Origin: Myxococcota bacterium | Lineage (GTDB): Bacteria; Myxococcota_A; SURF-8 | DNA length: 64,000 bases | Direction: 5' to 3' | Assembly (NCBI GenBank): GCA_965140415.1 | Contig: OZ223209.1 | Location: 1,888,001 to 1,952,000 of the forward strand | Part shown: positions 63,434 to 64,000 of the stretch, one piece after another | How the letters are laid out: each line of letters opens with the position of its first letter | Numbering within the stretch: the stretch's first letter is position 1 | Made by a program: the position numbers and the translations under genes | The notes under the pieces: model-generated | Told to the model about the DNA's origin: nothing | The model's database searches: none | What the model saw: only the letters and a program-made list of their open reading frames with translations

Positions 63434-64000
63434 ATGATGAGGAAGATGGGTAAAGGTTATGCAACCATAGTATTGCTGACGGCGTTCATTTTGTCGACGA
63501 TGCTGTGTTTCGCTGCATGGGCAAAAGAAGATGAAGCCGAACAGGAAATCGACTACATCGCCTTGGCCGCGTTGTTGATCAAGGATGGCAACTATGACCG
63601 TGCTGAGAATGCGTTGAACCATGTTGATGAGAAGGATGAAAACATCGATCTGGCTCGTTTGCATACTCTGCGGGGATTGTTGTTTCTAAGCCGTAGCCTG
63701 TTCAAGGATGCGGCAAGGCGTTTCGACCTCGCTTTGGAGTTGGGTAGCGCCGACACGTTTTTGCATGTCTACGCGGCGCAAGCGCGTTATGGCATGAAGG
63801 AATATCAAAAAGCTCTGGATCATCTGCATCTGGCCAAAGATGCTGCAACGAGTTCTCCCGGTCTGTTTATTTTGCAAGCTCAGTGCTATTGGAAACTCGA
63901 AAAGCATGAAATAGCTTGGAGCCTGCTGGAGCAGGGAGAAGAACGATTTCCCGATGCGGTGGGGATCGCGCGTCAGAAAGTGTTCTACCTGATCGAACTA
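63434..64000 (+). CDS. Exported TPR protein (TtpD-like), truncated by the window end
   Basis: Not in the ORF track. My translation gives MMRKMGKGYATIVLLTAFILSTMLCFAAWAKEDEAEQEIDYIALAALLIKDGNYDRAENAL...YAAQARYGMKEYQKAL..., open to the end; signal peptide plus TPR helices. Confidence 0.8.
   Translation, partial: MMRKMGKGYATIVLLTAFILSTMLCFAAWAKEDEAEQEIDYIALAALLIKDGNYDRAENALNHVDEKDENIDLARLHTLRGLLFLSRSLFKDAARRFDLALELGSADTFLHVYAAQARYGMKEYQKALDHLHLAKDAATSSPGLFILQAQCYWKLEKHEIAWSLLEQGEERFPDAVGIARQKVFYLIEL

Noticed and set aside
1-64000. tRNA, rRNA, IS/transposase, integrase, prophage or defence-system genes
   Set aside because: No ORF or intergenic segment showed such motifs by eye; nearly all sequence is accounted for by the listed CDS.

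Overview
Chromosomal window from a Gram-negative bacterium, most likely a Myxococcota/deltaproteobacterial-type lineage. This is inferred from a MYXO-CTERM-like C-terminal anchor, Cys/Asp-rich giant lipoproteins and a STAS gene inside the dcw cluster. Layout: (1) 0-4.5 kb: partial tex, a GAF protein with a 22-unit KAKEEAER charged-helix linker, and a TPR lipoprotein. (2) 4.6-20.9 kb, minus strand: division/cell-wall cluster mraZ-STAS-rsmH-ftsL-ftsI-murE-murF-mraY-ftsW-murG-murC-ddl-ftsQ-ftsA-ftsZ, with murD and murB absent. (3) A divergent long RelA/SpoT homologue whose hydrolase, TGS, ZFD and ACT domains look intact but whose synthetase motifs are all eroded. (4) 23.7-40.3 kb: housekeeping and accessory genes (anchored thermolysin-like protease, fluC/DUF190, a GlyA-GcvT fusion, galE, DUF362, tautomerase, MBL hydrolase, mutS, meaB, yitT). 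(5) 40-64 kb: a cell-surface region with three lipoproteins over 1100 aa sharing 'DGD' acidic stalks, an Omp85/POTRA-type barrel, a small barrel, a probable beta-helix lipoprotein and a TtpB-TtpC-ExbB-ExbD-TonB-TPR (TonB2-like) operon running off the end. I saw no rRNA, tRNA, CRISPR array, IS or prophage gene. Best candidates for new biology: the hydrolase-only RSH sharing MraZ-box-like repeats with the dcw promoter, the DGD-stalk lipoprotein/Omp85 surface system, the SAH-GAF 'ruler' protein and the tripartite GlyA-GcvT fusion. All family calls come from motif recognition by eye; no database searches were run.
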